From positions 1 to 64,000 of IMG/VR virus record IMGVR_UViG_3300009849_000001: 64,000 nt of DNA; one strand, given 5' to 3'. This document shows positions 39,036 through 47,452 of this stretch, piece by piece (the stretch's first letter is position 1; the number at the start of each line of letters is the position of its first letter). The stretch comes from a virus. Under the pieces are notes generated by a model, which ran no database searches, was not told the origin of the DNA, and saw nothing but the letters and a program-made list of their open reading frames with translations. Both the position numbers and the translations under genes were made by a program.

Positions 39036-39296
39036 TTAAATGTTTTTTTTATACTCATTTTCCTTTTCAAGGCCTAAAGCAATTATAGAATTAATTTCTT
39101 CAGCGATTACCGCTGTTTTAGAATTAATTATATCAAGGCCTTTTTTTATCTTCCTTAGATTAACTAATCGATTCACATCAGCAGAATCATTTTTCATTTG
39201 GCTAACCCTAGCCTGGTTAATATTAGCCAAATCTGCTAGTGCAGAGCCTTTAATTATTTTCAACAAATCGGTTAACACTTCGTTAGATTTTCTCAT
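39036..39296 (-). CDS. Cro/CI (XRE)-like HTH regulator (86 aa)
   Basis: SALADLANINQARVSQMKN helix-turn-helix-like segment. First gene downstream of the repeat-rich gap. Confidence 0.5.
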   Translation of the reverse strand: MRKSNEVLTDLLKIIKGSALADLANINQARVSQMKNDSADVNRLVNLRKIKKGLDIINSKTAVIAEEINSIIALGLEKENEYKKNI

Positions 39297-39511
39297 TTTT
39301 ATATATTTAAAAGTTACTTGTTGTAATCTGACACAAATTAAATGTATATTTTTCTAAAAAACAAATTGTTTTTCAAAAAAAATGAAAAAAAACATTCAAT
39401 ACACTGAATTTGCACGGGTTGAAGGATCCTTTTTAAAAGGAGTATATAATTACATTACTTACTACATATGCATTATCTTCGTAGGGCTTACGATTACTTT
39501 TAACAAAACAT

Positions 39512-39615
39512 CCCTTATAAAGGACCTTCTAAAGGACCTCCCAAAGGATCCCTTCTAAAGGACCTTCTAAAGGACCTCCCAAAGGATCCCTTCTAAAGAA
39601 CCTCCCAAATGATCC
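39512..39615. repeat. Iteron/operator-like tandem array: 38-nt period x about 2.7, built from 12-14-nt near-palindromic units (CCTTCTAAAGGA / CCTCCCAAAGGAT)
   Basis: cccttataaaggaccttctaaaggacctcccaaaggat / cccttctaaaggaccttctaaaggacctcccaaaggat / cccttctaaagaacctcccaaatgat. The 38-nt period is not a multiple of 3 and TAA occurs in the units. Confidence 0.85.
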
Positions 39616-39861
39616 AGGCAGGAACATGATTTTACATCAGACCAAACCATGAGGGGCGGCAAAAAATCTGATTATATTTACCCATCCCCCTGAGTTACCC
39701 ATATCACATTCTTACCGTAGGCATATACATTTTAAATTAGTAAAACCTTATCGTTTAAACATTTTTACCCAAAAAGCGTTTTGGATTTTAGGTGTTTTGG
39801 ATTCTGATTGAAATTTAAAAGCTATTTTCTACAGAAATAAATAGCATAGAAATAGCATAGA

Positions 39862-39894
39862 AAAACCCGATTCAATGGCAATGAACCGGGTTTT
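39862..39894. terminator. Intrinsic terminator hairpin
   Basis: aaaacccgattca-atggca-tgaaccgggtttt with one mismatch. Ends the upstream early operon. Confidence 0.6.
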
Positions 39895-40007
39895 AATAAT
39901 AATAACCTTAAATATTCTGAACAGATTTGTTTGTTCATTGATACACCTTACTGTGTGTATTTCTCAATAGACTTCTATTTATGGACCTCTTATCATATCT
40001 TTAGTAT

Positions 40008-40154
40008 TTATTTTGTTACTTCCTTTTGGGGATCCCTTATAATCTTACTCTTCAAATTACCTGTATTATCCTCAATTACTAAGTAAATTATTAAACAAAT
40101 AAAAGCAATTATTAAAGTATATTTAACTTCTTTAATTAAAGTGTTGTTTTTCAT
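40008..40154 (-). CDS. Small membrane protein (48 aa)
   Basis: Below the track cut-off. MKNNTLIKEVKYTLIIAFICLIIYLVIEDNTGNLKSK... has one TM helix. The ATG lies 3 nt after the upstream stop. Confidence 0.45.
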   Translation of the reverse strand: MKNNTLIKEVKYTLIIAFICLIIYLVIEDNTGNLKSKIIRDPQKEVTK

Positions 40155-40157
40155 TAC

Positions 40158-40367
40158 TCAAAATTTATATGGTAAATGAGGGTCCCAGCCAATCTTTTTA
40201 CTCAGTTGTGGAGTGAATCCCCCTAAAGACATAAAGCGTTTTAGAATTAAATTTATTTTATCTTCTTCATCTTTATTTGAAGGTAAAATTAAAAACCGGC
40301 TCCATCTGGCTAATTCAACTTTTTGAGCGTTATTTATTTTATCTAAAGTTTCCGGATAAGTTACCAT
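40158..40367 (-). CDS. Hypothetical protein (69 aa)
   Basis: Tiled ORF. Confidence 0.55.
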   Translation of the reverse strand: MVTYPETLDKINNAQKVELARWSRFLILPSNKDEEDKINLILKRFMSLGGFTPQLSKKIGWDPHLPYKF

Positions 40368-40368
40368 A

Positions 40369-40695
40369 TTACTTTTTTAAGTAGTCAGAAATAACAGGGA
40401 TACAAATAATTACTGCAGCTTTTATTTGTATTGTTGTGGCTACAGAGGATGTCCGTTGGATTAAATGAGACATTGCGTTTACTATTTTATCATCATTATC
40501 ATCCAATGATTTTTTTTCCACGGAATTTTTAAATAATATATTTGCATCCGTATTCACACCATGCTCTTTTTTTATTTCATCAGCAATAGCGTGAATTTCT
40601 TCCTGCTGTGATCTGATTGACTCAATTGAATACCCGTGGTCAGTTGGGGTAAGGTTCTCAACTATATCGGCAATTCTGCCATAAATTCCTATCAT
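40369..40695 (-). CDS. Hypothetical protein (108 aa)
   Basis: Tiled ORF. Confidence 0.6.
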   Translation of the reverse strand: MIGIYGRIADIVENLTPTDHGYSIESIRSQQEEIHAIADEIKKEHGVNTDANILFKNSVEKKSLDDNDDKIVNAMSHLIQRTSSVATTIQIKAAVIICIPVISDYLKK

Positions 40696-40697
40696 GA

Positions 40698-41285
40698 TTA
40701 ATTTATTTTATTCCATCTCTTATGGAATGGTTCGTACTCGTATAATTTTTGATTACTAATTAATGAAAGATTACAAATAAACCACCTAAAATCAAGTTCC
40801 CCGTTTTCGGTTGGTAAATCTTTGGTTAGAAAATCATCTAAACATAGGCTTATTCCTTTTTTGAATATATTTGCGCTTTCTTCAGGATCTGTACAAATAC
40901 AGTATAAATTTATTTGGTTTTCAATGCAATGATGTATTACACCATGATTTTTATTTATCCATTGGGAAATTAATCGGTTCCACTTCAGGTCAAACATGTT
41001 CCACATTATATAGGATAAATACATTTGCTCCTGACAAAATTCATCCACAACCATGTCACACTGATCTATCTGCGTGTTTGTATGATTAAAAACCCGAACT
41101 GCTGTTTTAAAAACAAGAGCCTGTTTGTTTGTAGCCGTAGTTATACTTTCGGCTATTTCCACAAGAGAAATTAATCTAGGATTCCAAGTTTGTCCATCCT
41201 TGGCTTTATCCTTAAAATGTTTTTGAAAATCAATAGAGCTATCCACCATCAATTTATAATACGGGTTAATCTTCATATCCTGCAA
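40698..41285 (-). CDS. Hypothetical protein (195 aa)
   Basis: Tiled ORF. Confidence 0.6.
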   Translation of the reverse strand: MQDMKINPYYKLMVDSSIDFQKHFKDKAKDGQTWNPRLISLVEIAESITTATNKQALVFKTAVRVFNHTNTQIDQCDMVVDEFCQEQMYLSYIMWNMFDLKWNRLISQWINKNHGVIHHCIENQINLYCICTDPEESANIFKKGISLCLDDFLTKDLPTENGELDFRWFICNLSLISNQKLYEYEPFHKRWNKIN

Positions 41286-41586
41286 TTTTTTTAGTAATCA
41301 TTTTAGCCCAATGGGGTAACTGGTGAGTATCCTGGCTGTAACAGGTTTCGTGGTCCTCTTTTAGCAGATCTTCACCGCATTTTGCACAAGTGTAGTTCCT
41401 AGCTCTATAAAACTCTTTATTATTTCTACCACACCAACACCAATATGATTCAGTATAATCATATTGAAAATCGTGATTGCATTTTTCGGACTCTGAAAGG
41501 GAATTATAAAATTCCTCAAAATCAGTATTTGTTCTAGCGGCCTCAAATGCTTTCCTTAACCTTGCTTTAATATTGCTCATAATCAT
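41266..41586 (-). CDS. Hypothetical Cys-rich protein (106 aa)
   Basis: CWCGRN...CAKCG zinc-ribbon-like pairs. Confidence 0.55.
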   Translation of the reverse strand: MIMSNIKARLRKAFEAARTNTDFEEFYNSLSESEKCNHDFQYDYTESYWCWCGRNNKEFYRARNYTCAKCGEDLLKEDHETCYSQDTHQLPHWAKMITKKIAGYED

Positions 41587-41968
41587 ATTTTAAATTTGTC
41601 CAATGAATTATTTTACCTTCAAAAGGAGAATATTGATCAAACCATGCCCAAAAATCTTCAATGTTTTCAAAACCATCATTAATTGCTAACCATTCCACTT
41701 CATCAAGTAAAAACTCTTTACCATCTACCCATATTTCTCTACCTCTTATTACTATTCGCTGAGTACTTACACACTCGCCCATTTTAAAGCAATGGTAGTT
41801 ATTAGTTCTTGAACCAGTGGAAAAATGAATTGTACACCCACTTATCCAACGCTGTGAGGCATCGTGTCTGATTGTATGTAGTTTTATACCAGTTTTGATT
41901 TTCTTTTCAAAATCGGTTTGTTTTCGCTTTCCATCTACAATGAAAGTCTTTAAGAAGTTTAGTATCAT
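41567..41968 (-). CDS. Hypothetical protein, possibly ASCH/PUA-like fold
   Basis: GIKLHTIRHDASQRW..G..IHF pattern recalled from ASCH-like phage proteins. Weak. Confidence 0.55.
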   Translation of the reverse strand: MILNFLKTFIVDGKRKQTDFEKKIKTGIKLHTIRHDASQRWISGCTIHFSTGSRTNNYHCFKMGECVSTQRIVIRGREIWVDGKEFLLDEVEWLAINDGFENIEDFWAWFDQYSPFEGKIIHWTNLKYDYEQY

Positions 41969-42258
41969 TATAGCATGTCTTTATAAGATGATTTAATACT
42001 ATCTATTGCTGCATTCATTTCATCCTCTAGCTTTGCCTTGTATTTATTGTGTAAATACGATAAATCTTCATCATCTAGGGTAAACAGCTCTTCAGTTTGG
42101 GAACCACACACAACATCATATCGATAATGTTTAATTGTAAAATTAACAATTGGTGGTTCCTCCATAACATCATACCTCTTAGGTAATTCATCCTTTTTTT
42201 TGTCATATTCAGCTTTCTCTTTAAGCAGCTGACAAAACCTTTTATAATAATTGCTCAT
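41968..42258 (-). CDS. Hypothetical protein (96 aa)
   Basis: Tiled ORF. Confidence 0.55.
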   Translation of the reverse strand: MSNYYKRFCQLLKEKAEYDKKKDELPKRYDVMEEPPIVNFTIKHYRYDVVCGSQTEELFTLDDEDLSYLHNKYKAKLEDEMNAAIDSIKSSYKDML

Positions 42259-42268
42259 AACTATTTGA

Positions 42269-43216
42269 TTATTTGTTATTACTATTCTTATGAATTAGCA
42301 TACAATTTAGTATGTGTTTAATCATTCCTACATCCCAACCGTTTCCGGTTATTTTAACGGCTTGACTTAGGCTTACTGAATCACAATAATCATCTGGGAG
42401 ATTCATAAACCTGCAACGTTCTGTTTTGGTGTAATACCTGAATGGTAGTTTTTTATTAAAAGCATCTGGATGTCTGCCTATTGGCATTGTTGTAAGGACT
42501 GTATCTTTAGCAACCGTTGTAAGGCAATTGCTTTTATCCCTATTGACCGGCCTAACTTCTAAGCACTGAGTTATAGGTATTGATTTGTTATAATCTTCCC
42601 TTTTCCCATCGCTGTTTACTCTCCTTCCTAGTATAGTAGCTTTATTTAGATATCTACCTCTGATTGCTGCAGGATCTATCATTTTAACATCTTCTAATAC
42701 ATCTTCAATCTTAATTCCCTGATCAATTGGCTGTGTTATTTTGAAATTAGCCCAATAATACCTTACCCGGTTTTGAGCTGACGTTTTACTGCTGTTTAGG
42801 ACCACATAATCAACACCCAATAATTTAGATATCATATCAGCCCACTCTTGTTTTTTTGGTTTTACATTTTCAAGAAACCAATATTCAGGCTTCAATTCTT
42901 CTTTTAAACGGACAAATTCAAAGAACAACTTACTTCGCGGATCCTCAAAATTCAAACCCTTACCGCTACTACTGAAACCTTGGCACGGACTCCCACCCAT
43001 TAGAAAATCAATGATGGGAAAATCACCACCTTTAAGCTTAGTTATATCACCAACCTGAATCGTGTTAGGGTGGTTTTTCATTGTAACCGCCATAGCGTGT
43101 TTATCTATTTCGCTTGCAAAATACCTACCAATAGGTATCCTTGATTCTTTAAAAGCTACTTGACCACAACTTCCACCGTCAAATAGGCTTAGTATATTAA
43201 TAGGGGTTAATTCCAT
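42269..43216 (-). CDS. DNA (cytosine-5) methyltransferase
   Basis: Motif I LFDGGSCG, motif IV GGSPCQGFS, motif VI FLENVK, motif VIII QNRVRYYW, motif IX-like FMNLPDDY, motif X-like TGNGWDV. Confidence 0.85.
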   Translation of the reverse strand: MELTPINILSLFDGGSCGQVAFKESRIPIGRYFASEIDKHAMAVTMKNHPNTIQVGDITKLKGGDFPIIDFLMGGSPCQGFSSSGKGLNFEDPRSKLFFEFVRLKEELKPEYWFLENVKPKKQEWADMISKLLGVDYVVLNSSKTSAQNRVRYYWANFKITQPIDQGIKIEDVLEDVKMIDPAAIRGRYLNKATILGRRVNSDGKREDYNKSIPITQCLEVRPVNRDKSNCLTTVAKDTVLTTMPIGRHPDAFNKKLPFRYYTKTERCRFMNLPDDYCDSVSLSQAVKITGNGWDVGMIKHILNCMLIHKNSNNK

Positions 43217-43653
43217 TATTCTGTATCGTTATATTTCTTTTTACTTGAGTATCCTAAAGCAGTTGTTTTCTTTAAAGAAGGAAATTTGAGATTGTACTCA
43301 ATTCTTAGTAATTCCTGTTTCTTTGTGAAAGCCGGATATGATTCCTGCTTTGTGTGTTCTTCGGGCAGGGCCAAAAGTATGTTTCGTTTATTAAACTTAT
43401 ATTTTTTATATAAGCTCTTACACAATACATGTAGAAACTGGTGGTGCCATTGCGGATGCCCTTCCGGCAATAGTCGTTTACCTGTCAATTGTGATACGTG
43501 AGATCTTTCACTCCAAATGTCTAAGTACATTGCTTTTTCCCTGCTTACTTTTGGTGCTTTGTAATCTTTAGAGAGTGACCCCCAAGTTTTACAATAAGGG
43601 CACCGGCCTAATTCTACGGTTTGTTTGCATCCGCATTTACTGCATGTGTACAT
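43216..43653 (-). CDS. Zinc-ribbon protein (145 aa from ATG 43653)
   Basis: CSKCGC...CPYC N-terminus, then FLHVLCKSLYKKY..NILLALPEEH. The track start at 43734 overlaps the upstream gene. Confidence 0.55.
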   Translation of the reverse strand: MYTCSKCGCKQTVELGRCPYCKTWGSLSKDYKAPKVSREKAMYLDIWSERSHVSQLTGKRLLPEGHPQWHHQFLHVLCKSLYKKYKFNKRNILLALPEEHTKQESYPAFTKKQELLRIEYNLKFPSLKKTTALGYSSKKKYNDTE

Positions 43654-43664
43654 ATAAATTACTT

Positions 43665-43880
43665 TTAATCGTGTAAAAATTTTTTTAAAGATTTTTTTAA
43701 CTGCAGGATATTGTTTCTGTTTTCCCACAACCAAATAATATCCTCAGTATTTTGGTCGTTTGGATTTAAATCATCAATAGCTTGACTGATTTCAATTAGC
43801 TTTACTTCTTTGGCTCTTCTGGACGCCTCAAAAGCTGAAATTTCCTGATCTTCCTGGTGATTTGTAATGATGCTTGACAT
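43665..43880 (-). CDS. Hypothetical protein (71 aa)
   Basis: Tiled ORF. Confidence 0.5.
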   Translation of the reverse strand: MSSIITNHQEDQEISAFEASRRAKEVKLIEISQAIDDLNPNDQNTEDIIWLWENRNNILQLKKSLKKFLHD

Positions 43881-43928
43881 TTGTTTATTTTTCTAATTGT
43901 GCTTTTGCAAATCCTGCAAGTGTATATT

Positions 43929-44240
43929 TTAGTCTTTCAATTTTTCAATTTCGTACCAATCAAATATAATCCTGCTTCTTTTACCTAAAGTTCCATCCTT
44001 CTTTAATAGCTGGATTTGAGGGCATGTTTTAAGATTGGATGTAGATGGAATGAACTCAGTTATTACACCAGCCCCTTTGACGGTTCCGTAATTTTTAAAC
44101 TGTATTTTATCACCTACAGTAAGATTATTATCTTCCTTATAGATATCTATCATTAAGAGCTTGATTTGCTCAATATTATCATCTAATATAGCCCTAAGTT
44201 TATTAGACTCTTCCAGTAATAATTTTAATTTGTTTCTCAT
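43929..44240 (-). CDS. Hypothetical protein (103 aa from ATG 44240)
   Basis: The track start at 44285 lies inside the promoter box. MRNKLKLLLEE begins 43 nt downstream of the box. Confidence 0.55.
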   Translation of the reverse strand: MRNKLKLLLEESNKLRAILDDNIEQIKLLMIDIYKEDNNLTVGDKIQFKNYGTVKGAGVITEFIPSTSNLKTCPQIQLLKKDGTLGKRSRIIFDWYEIEKLKD

Positions 44241-44282
44241 TTTATTGATTTTATGGCAATTGCCGTTAGTTAAATCACAACA

Positions 44283-44327
44283 CAAATCTACACATTAAAA
44301 AACAAAAACGCAACAATGTGTTGCGTT
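44283..44327 (-). promoter_or_regulatory. Terminator-promoter cassette, copy A
   Basis: Hairpin aacgcaaca-atg-tgttgcgtt (44307-44327), then on the minus strand UUUUGUUUUUUAAUGUG and the TAGATTTG box (44290-44283). Confidence 0.6.
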
Positions 44328-44346
44328 TTGTAATATTAATTGGCTA

Positions 44347-44910
44347 TTAGAACAGCCTTGCGTTTTGTAATATTAGAATACCTTCATCAATTATCTTTTT
44401 AGTAGCCTCATCCTTATCACTTCCTCTTATCAGCTTCTGGATGAACTCTTGTCTTGGATTTAACTTATAAGCCTTTAAACCTTCGTAAAATGGCTTTGCC
44501 TTACATTCGTATAGTTCGTGCTTTTTATCTCGCAGAAAATACAAGTTTAAAAGTCTTATTGATTCTGGAAAGATACTGAACCCGTAGAAATGTTCAAATG
44601 TCAACATGCATACAGAACTGTTAATGCTTCTTATACCTTTTATTGGTGGCATGTCGCTGAAATTTATTGCGGACCGGTTCATCCAATAAACAAAGCATTT
44701 TTTGTTTAGTAGCACCATATGGTCCGCGTTTAGTGTCAAACCAATAACGTAAATCCGGCTGTTTGGGTGGATTCTGTCAATTTTAAGCGCACCGGGATTC
44801 TTTAGTGGTATTAATTCACTATCAGGATACATTGATAATACTATCCCTACAGAAATAATACTATCCCAATTTTTTGAATTGTAAATACAATAGCAATTTT
44901 TCTTATTCAT
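44347..44910 (-). CDS. Hypothetical protein (187 aa)
   Basis: Tiled ORF. Confidence 0.6.
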   Translation of the reverse strand: MNKKNCYCIYNSKNWDSIISVGIVLSMYPDSELIPLKNPGALKIDRIHPNSRIYVIGLTLNADHMVLLNKKCFVYWMNRSAINFSDMPPIKGIRSINSSVCMLTFEHFYGFSIFPESIRLLNLYFLRDKKHELYECKAKPFYEGLKAYKLNPRQEFIQKLIRGSDKDEATKKIIDEGILILQNARLF

Positions 44911-44913
44911 GAC

Positions 44914-45591
44914 TTATTTGTTTAAAATTATTTTATTCCCCTCAAACCTGAAAGTCTTAACCACCCCATTTCTTACGTGATTTCTTAATGTTTGTTTTGC
45001 GGATTGGATGGTAGAATAGGTACTCACAGTTTCGTCATACACCTTGTCAAAATCTGCAGTACCGCCTAATCTTCTTAATTTGTGTTCAATTTCCTCCAAC
45101 ATTATAGTGAATGCTGTCACCCTATCGTTTTTAGATCCTGATACAGATCTCTTCATCCATTGTGCCAATCTCGGCTTTACAATGTGTCTGTTTAAGGTTG
45201 CGGTTTGAACCAAAGATATTTGGTTGTAGTTGAAATCAGTGTTTATAGTAATCAATCCAATGCCGTAATCACTGCATAATTGTTTTCTGAATCCTATTTT
45301 ATTAAAATTAGGGACTGCTATGTATGAGTAGTGAGCTATCCTTTTGTTTCGTATAGCCTGTTCCAATACGTCAAAGGAAAATGACTTCTTAACTTCAATT
45401 GCTGTGTAGATATTTATATCCTTTAAGATTATATCAGTTATTCCGTTCATACTTGGAACCTCTGGGAAAACCTCAAATATATCATTGTAATGATTTATCA
45501 CTATTTCGGCTAAATCAGATTCTTTAATGTGTCCAGGTACTGAATTAACCTGATTAGGTTTCGTTTTAATTGCTCTGCCCTTTATTCCCAT
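44914..45591 (-). CDS. Hypothetical protein, possible PD-(D/E)xK nuclease fold
   Basis: GITDIILKD...YTAIEVKK resembles D...E.K. Weak. Confidence 0.55.
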   Translation of the reverse strand: MGIKGRAIKTKPNQVNSVPGHIKESDLAEIVINHYNDIFEVFPEVPSMNGITDIILKDINIYTAIEVKKSFSFDVLEQAIRNKRIAHYSYIAVPNFNKIGFRKQLCSDYGIGLITINTDFNYNQISLVQTATLNRHIVKPRLAQWMKRSVSGSKNDRVTAFTIMLEEIEHKLRRLGGTADFDKVYDETVSTYSTIQSAKQTLRNHVRNGVVKTFRFEGNKIILNK

Positions 45592-46148
45592 TGTAATCTA
45601 TTTTCGTTTGCATCTTCGTAATTATCTAAAACAGTAATTACCATACCCTGTTTTTGCTTGTCAACAATATACCCCTCCGGGATTATCTTGATGTTTTTCA
45701 TGTCATCATCTATTATCCAACCAAATTCCTGCATCAGATCTGCAGGGCCCTGCCCCATGTTCAGGTAATCAAATTTTCCTTTTGTACACCGGATGAAGAA
45801 AACACCTAACAAAATCGGTTTCGGCTTCCCTTTTATGAGATTTCTAAATCTAACCTTCGATCTTAACCAATACCCACCAGATAACTTTTTATACTTCTCG
45901 TATGCCTTTGAAGGAATTGATATTGGATGAGATCTGCCTTTTGGTGTCACTAACCTGCGGCTGTTTTTAGAGCTTATCACATTGTAAGGGATGTAAATAC
46001 TTCCTTCCTTGTGAAATTGCTCTGTGAGTTCGTCTATTGCCTCATGAGTTAAATGTTGATACATTGGCTTCACTGTCCTCTTCAATTTCTTCGTGTGCAA
46101 CTTCTTCAATAGAGCTTCGTACTCCGGATTCCTTTTACCAAACACCAT
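45582..46148 (-). CDS. RusA-like Holliday junction resolvase (188 aa, N-terminally extended)
   Basis: VISSKNSRR (compare RusA PSNN) and FDYLNMGQGPADLMQEFGWIIDDD (compare D.DN..K..D......DD). Confidence 0.5.
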   Translation of the reverse strand: MVFGKRNPEYEALLKKLHTKKLKRTVKPMYQHLTHEAIDELTEQFHKEGSIYIPYNVISSKNSRRLVTPKGRSHPISIPSKAYEKYKKLSGGYWLRSKVRFRNLIKGKPKPILLGVFFIRCTKGKFDYLNMGQGPADLMQEFGWIIDDDMKNIKIIPEGYIVDKQKQGMVITVLDNYEDANENRLQWE

Positions 46149-46151
46149 AGC

Positions 46152-46391
46152 TTATTGATTTTTTCTTTCATGAAAAATTAAACATGTATCGTAACCAGAA
46201 AATGATGCTAATTCAATTAATACTAATATATCAAACTGTTTTCCGTTTAGGATGCGACTTGCTTTAGATTTTGATATTCTTAAATGCTTCGCATCTTTTA
46301 CTTTAAATCTTTCATTCACTTTTTGCAATAATTCAAAGTATGCATGTTTAAATCTTGCACTTTCTGAAATATTAATTTCTTTATATCCCAT
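46152..46391 (-). CDS. XRE-like HTH regulator (79 aa)
   Basis: HLRISKSKASRILNGKQ helix-turn-helix-like segment. Preceded by an operator-like inverted repeat. Confidence 0.5.
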   Translation of the reverse strand: MGYKEINISESARFKHAYFELLQKVNERFKVKDAKHLRISKSKASRILNGKQFDILVLIELASFSGYDTCLIFHERKNQ

Positions 46392-46427
46392 GAGATTAAG
46401 TCATTACGTTGTTAATGCACTATATTA

Positions 46428-46517
46428 CATTGTTATGCACCATGCTATTATTTATAAATACATTTTTATTGTTACGTCCGTGTTTCAAAATTACTGAAAG
46501 CACGGTGCATAACAATG
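46428..46517. promoter_or_regulatory. 14-bp perfect inverted repeat (CATTGTTATGCACC / GGTGCATAACAATG) with extra ATGCA(C/T) half-sites and an embedded TAATTTTG box
   Basis: Seen directly: arms at 46428-46441 and 46504-46517, an inner imperfect hairpin ccgtgtttca..tgaaagcacgg, and caaaatta at 46486-46493 (TAnnTTTG on the minus strand). Confidence 0.6.
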
Positions 46518-46550
46518 CATAAAAATAATGGCTTGGTATGGTACATTTAA

Positions 46551-47309
46551 TCAACATTCTGCGTTAATCTCATATTTTATTTTGCCCTCCCGCTTTTGCT
46601 TTTTCAAAGCAATTTGGATTCTGGTATCTGCATCTTTAAAGCATCCGTTTTCTATTCCAATAAATGCTCTATTTGTATTTACACAAGCTTCGCCAGTCGT
46701 TCCGCTACCCATTGCGTTATCAAGCACTAAATCTCCTTCATCAGTATAGGTTTTTATTAAGTATTCAATAAGTTCAACAGGTTTTTGGGCAGAATGTATT
46801 CTGCTGTAATTATCTACACATTTAAAATCAAGTACATTATTAGGGTATCTTGTTGTTTTCCCTCCTTCGTAATTGCGTTTATTTGTTCCGTGGTATGCCT
46901 TACCGTTGCTACATCCTTTTGCGCTATTCGTTGGCTCGTGTCCATCTGTTATTTGTGGGTAATATTTACCTTTTTTAAATATCACAATTTCTTCTACTTT
47001 TCTAACAGGCATTCTTTTAGCGTGGAAAAAATTTGTAGCTTGGTTTTTAACCCAGTACCAACAATATCTATAATCCTTCTCGTTACTGCTTATTAGCTTC
47101 GTAGTAAATGGCTGTGATGCAAATAAGGCAATCGTTCCATTTGGTGCTAATATTCTATTGTAGTGCCTCCAAAGTTCATCTGCTGGCAGTATTTCATCCC
47201 ATTTAGGTGCAGTTATACCATAAGGTAAATCACAACAAATAAAATTAACGCTTTTACTTGGTATGTTTTGCATTTCAATTAAACAATCTCCTTCTAATAA
47301 TGTAATCAT
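46551..47309 (-). CDS. N6-adenine/N4-cytosine DNA methyltransferase (beta class)
   Basis: CDLPYG (DPPY-type motif IV) near the N-terminus, then SAQKPVELIEYLIKTYTDEGDLVLDNAMGSGTTGEA (motif I FxGxG region). Confidence 0.85.
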   Translation of the reverse strand: MITLLEGDCLIEMQNIPSKSVNFICCDLPYGITAPKWDEILPADELWRHYNRILAPNGTIALFASQPFTTKLISSNEKDYRYCWYWVKNQATNFFHAKRMPVRKVEEIVIFKKGKYYPQITDGHEPTNSAKGCSNGKAYHGTNKRNYEGGKTTRYPNNVLDFKCVDNYSRIHSAQKPVELIEYLIKTYTDEGDLVLDNAMGSGTTGEACVNTNRAFIGIENGCFKDADTRIQIALKKQKREGKIKYEINAEC

Positions 47310-47452
47310 AAAAACCCTCCCTAAAAATAAAATATTACTGTATCTCTTTTCTCAACTTTCGTGCGTTATTGTCGCCACTATTCTTATGCTAACCGTTATG
47401 GGCAATACTATGGCGCATATATCAACATACGCCATAGAAGCCCTAATAACTA

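Noticed and set aside
39382-39561. 59-codon plus-strand ORF (MKKNIQYTEF...KDLLKDLPKDPF) running into the tandem repeats
   Set aside because: It is on the minority strand with no promoter box. It terminates at the first in-frame TAA of the repeat, and the repeat period (38 nt) is incompatible with coding. It is probably fortuitous, though one TM-like segment makes it not impossible.
39512-39615. Possible CRISPR array
   Set aside because: The units are 12-14 nt and directly abutting, with no unique spacers, and no cas genes are present. This is a tandem iteron/operator-like array.
44914-45591. Restriction endonuclease partner for the methyltransferases (possible PD-(D/E)xK motif)
   Set aside because: The motif match is weak. 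The gene is not adjacent to any methyltransferase and sits next to a RusA-like resolvase. It is more likely a recombination or repair nuclease, if it is a nuclease at all.
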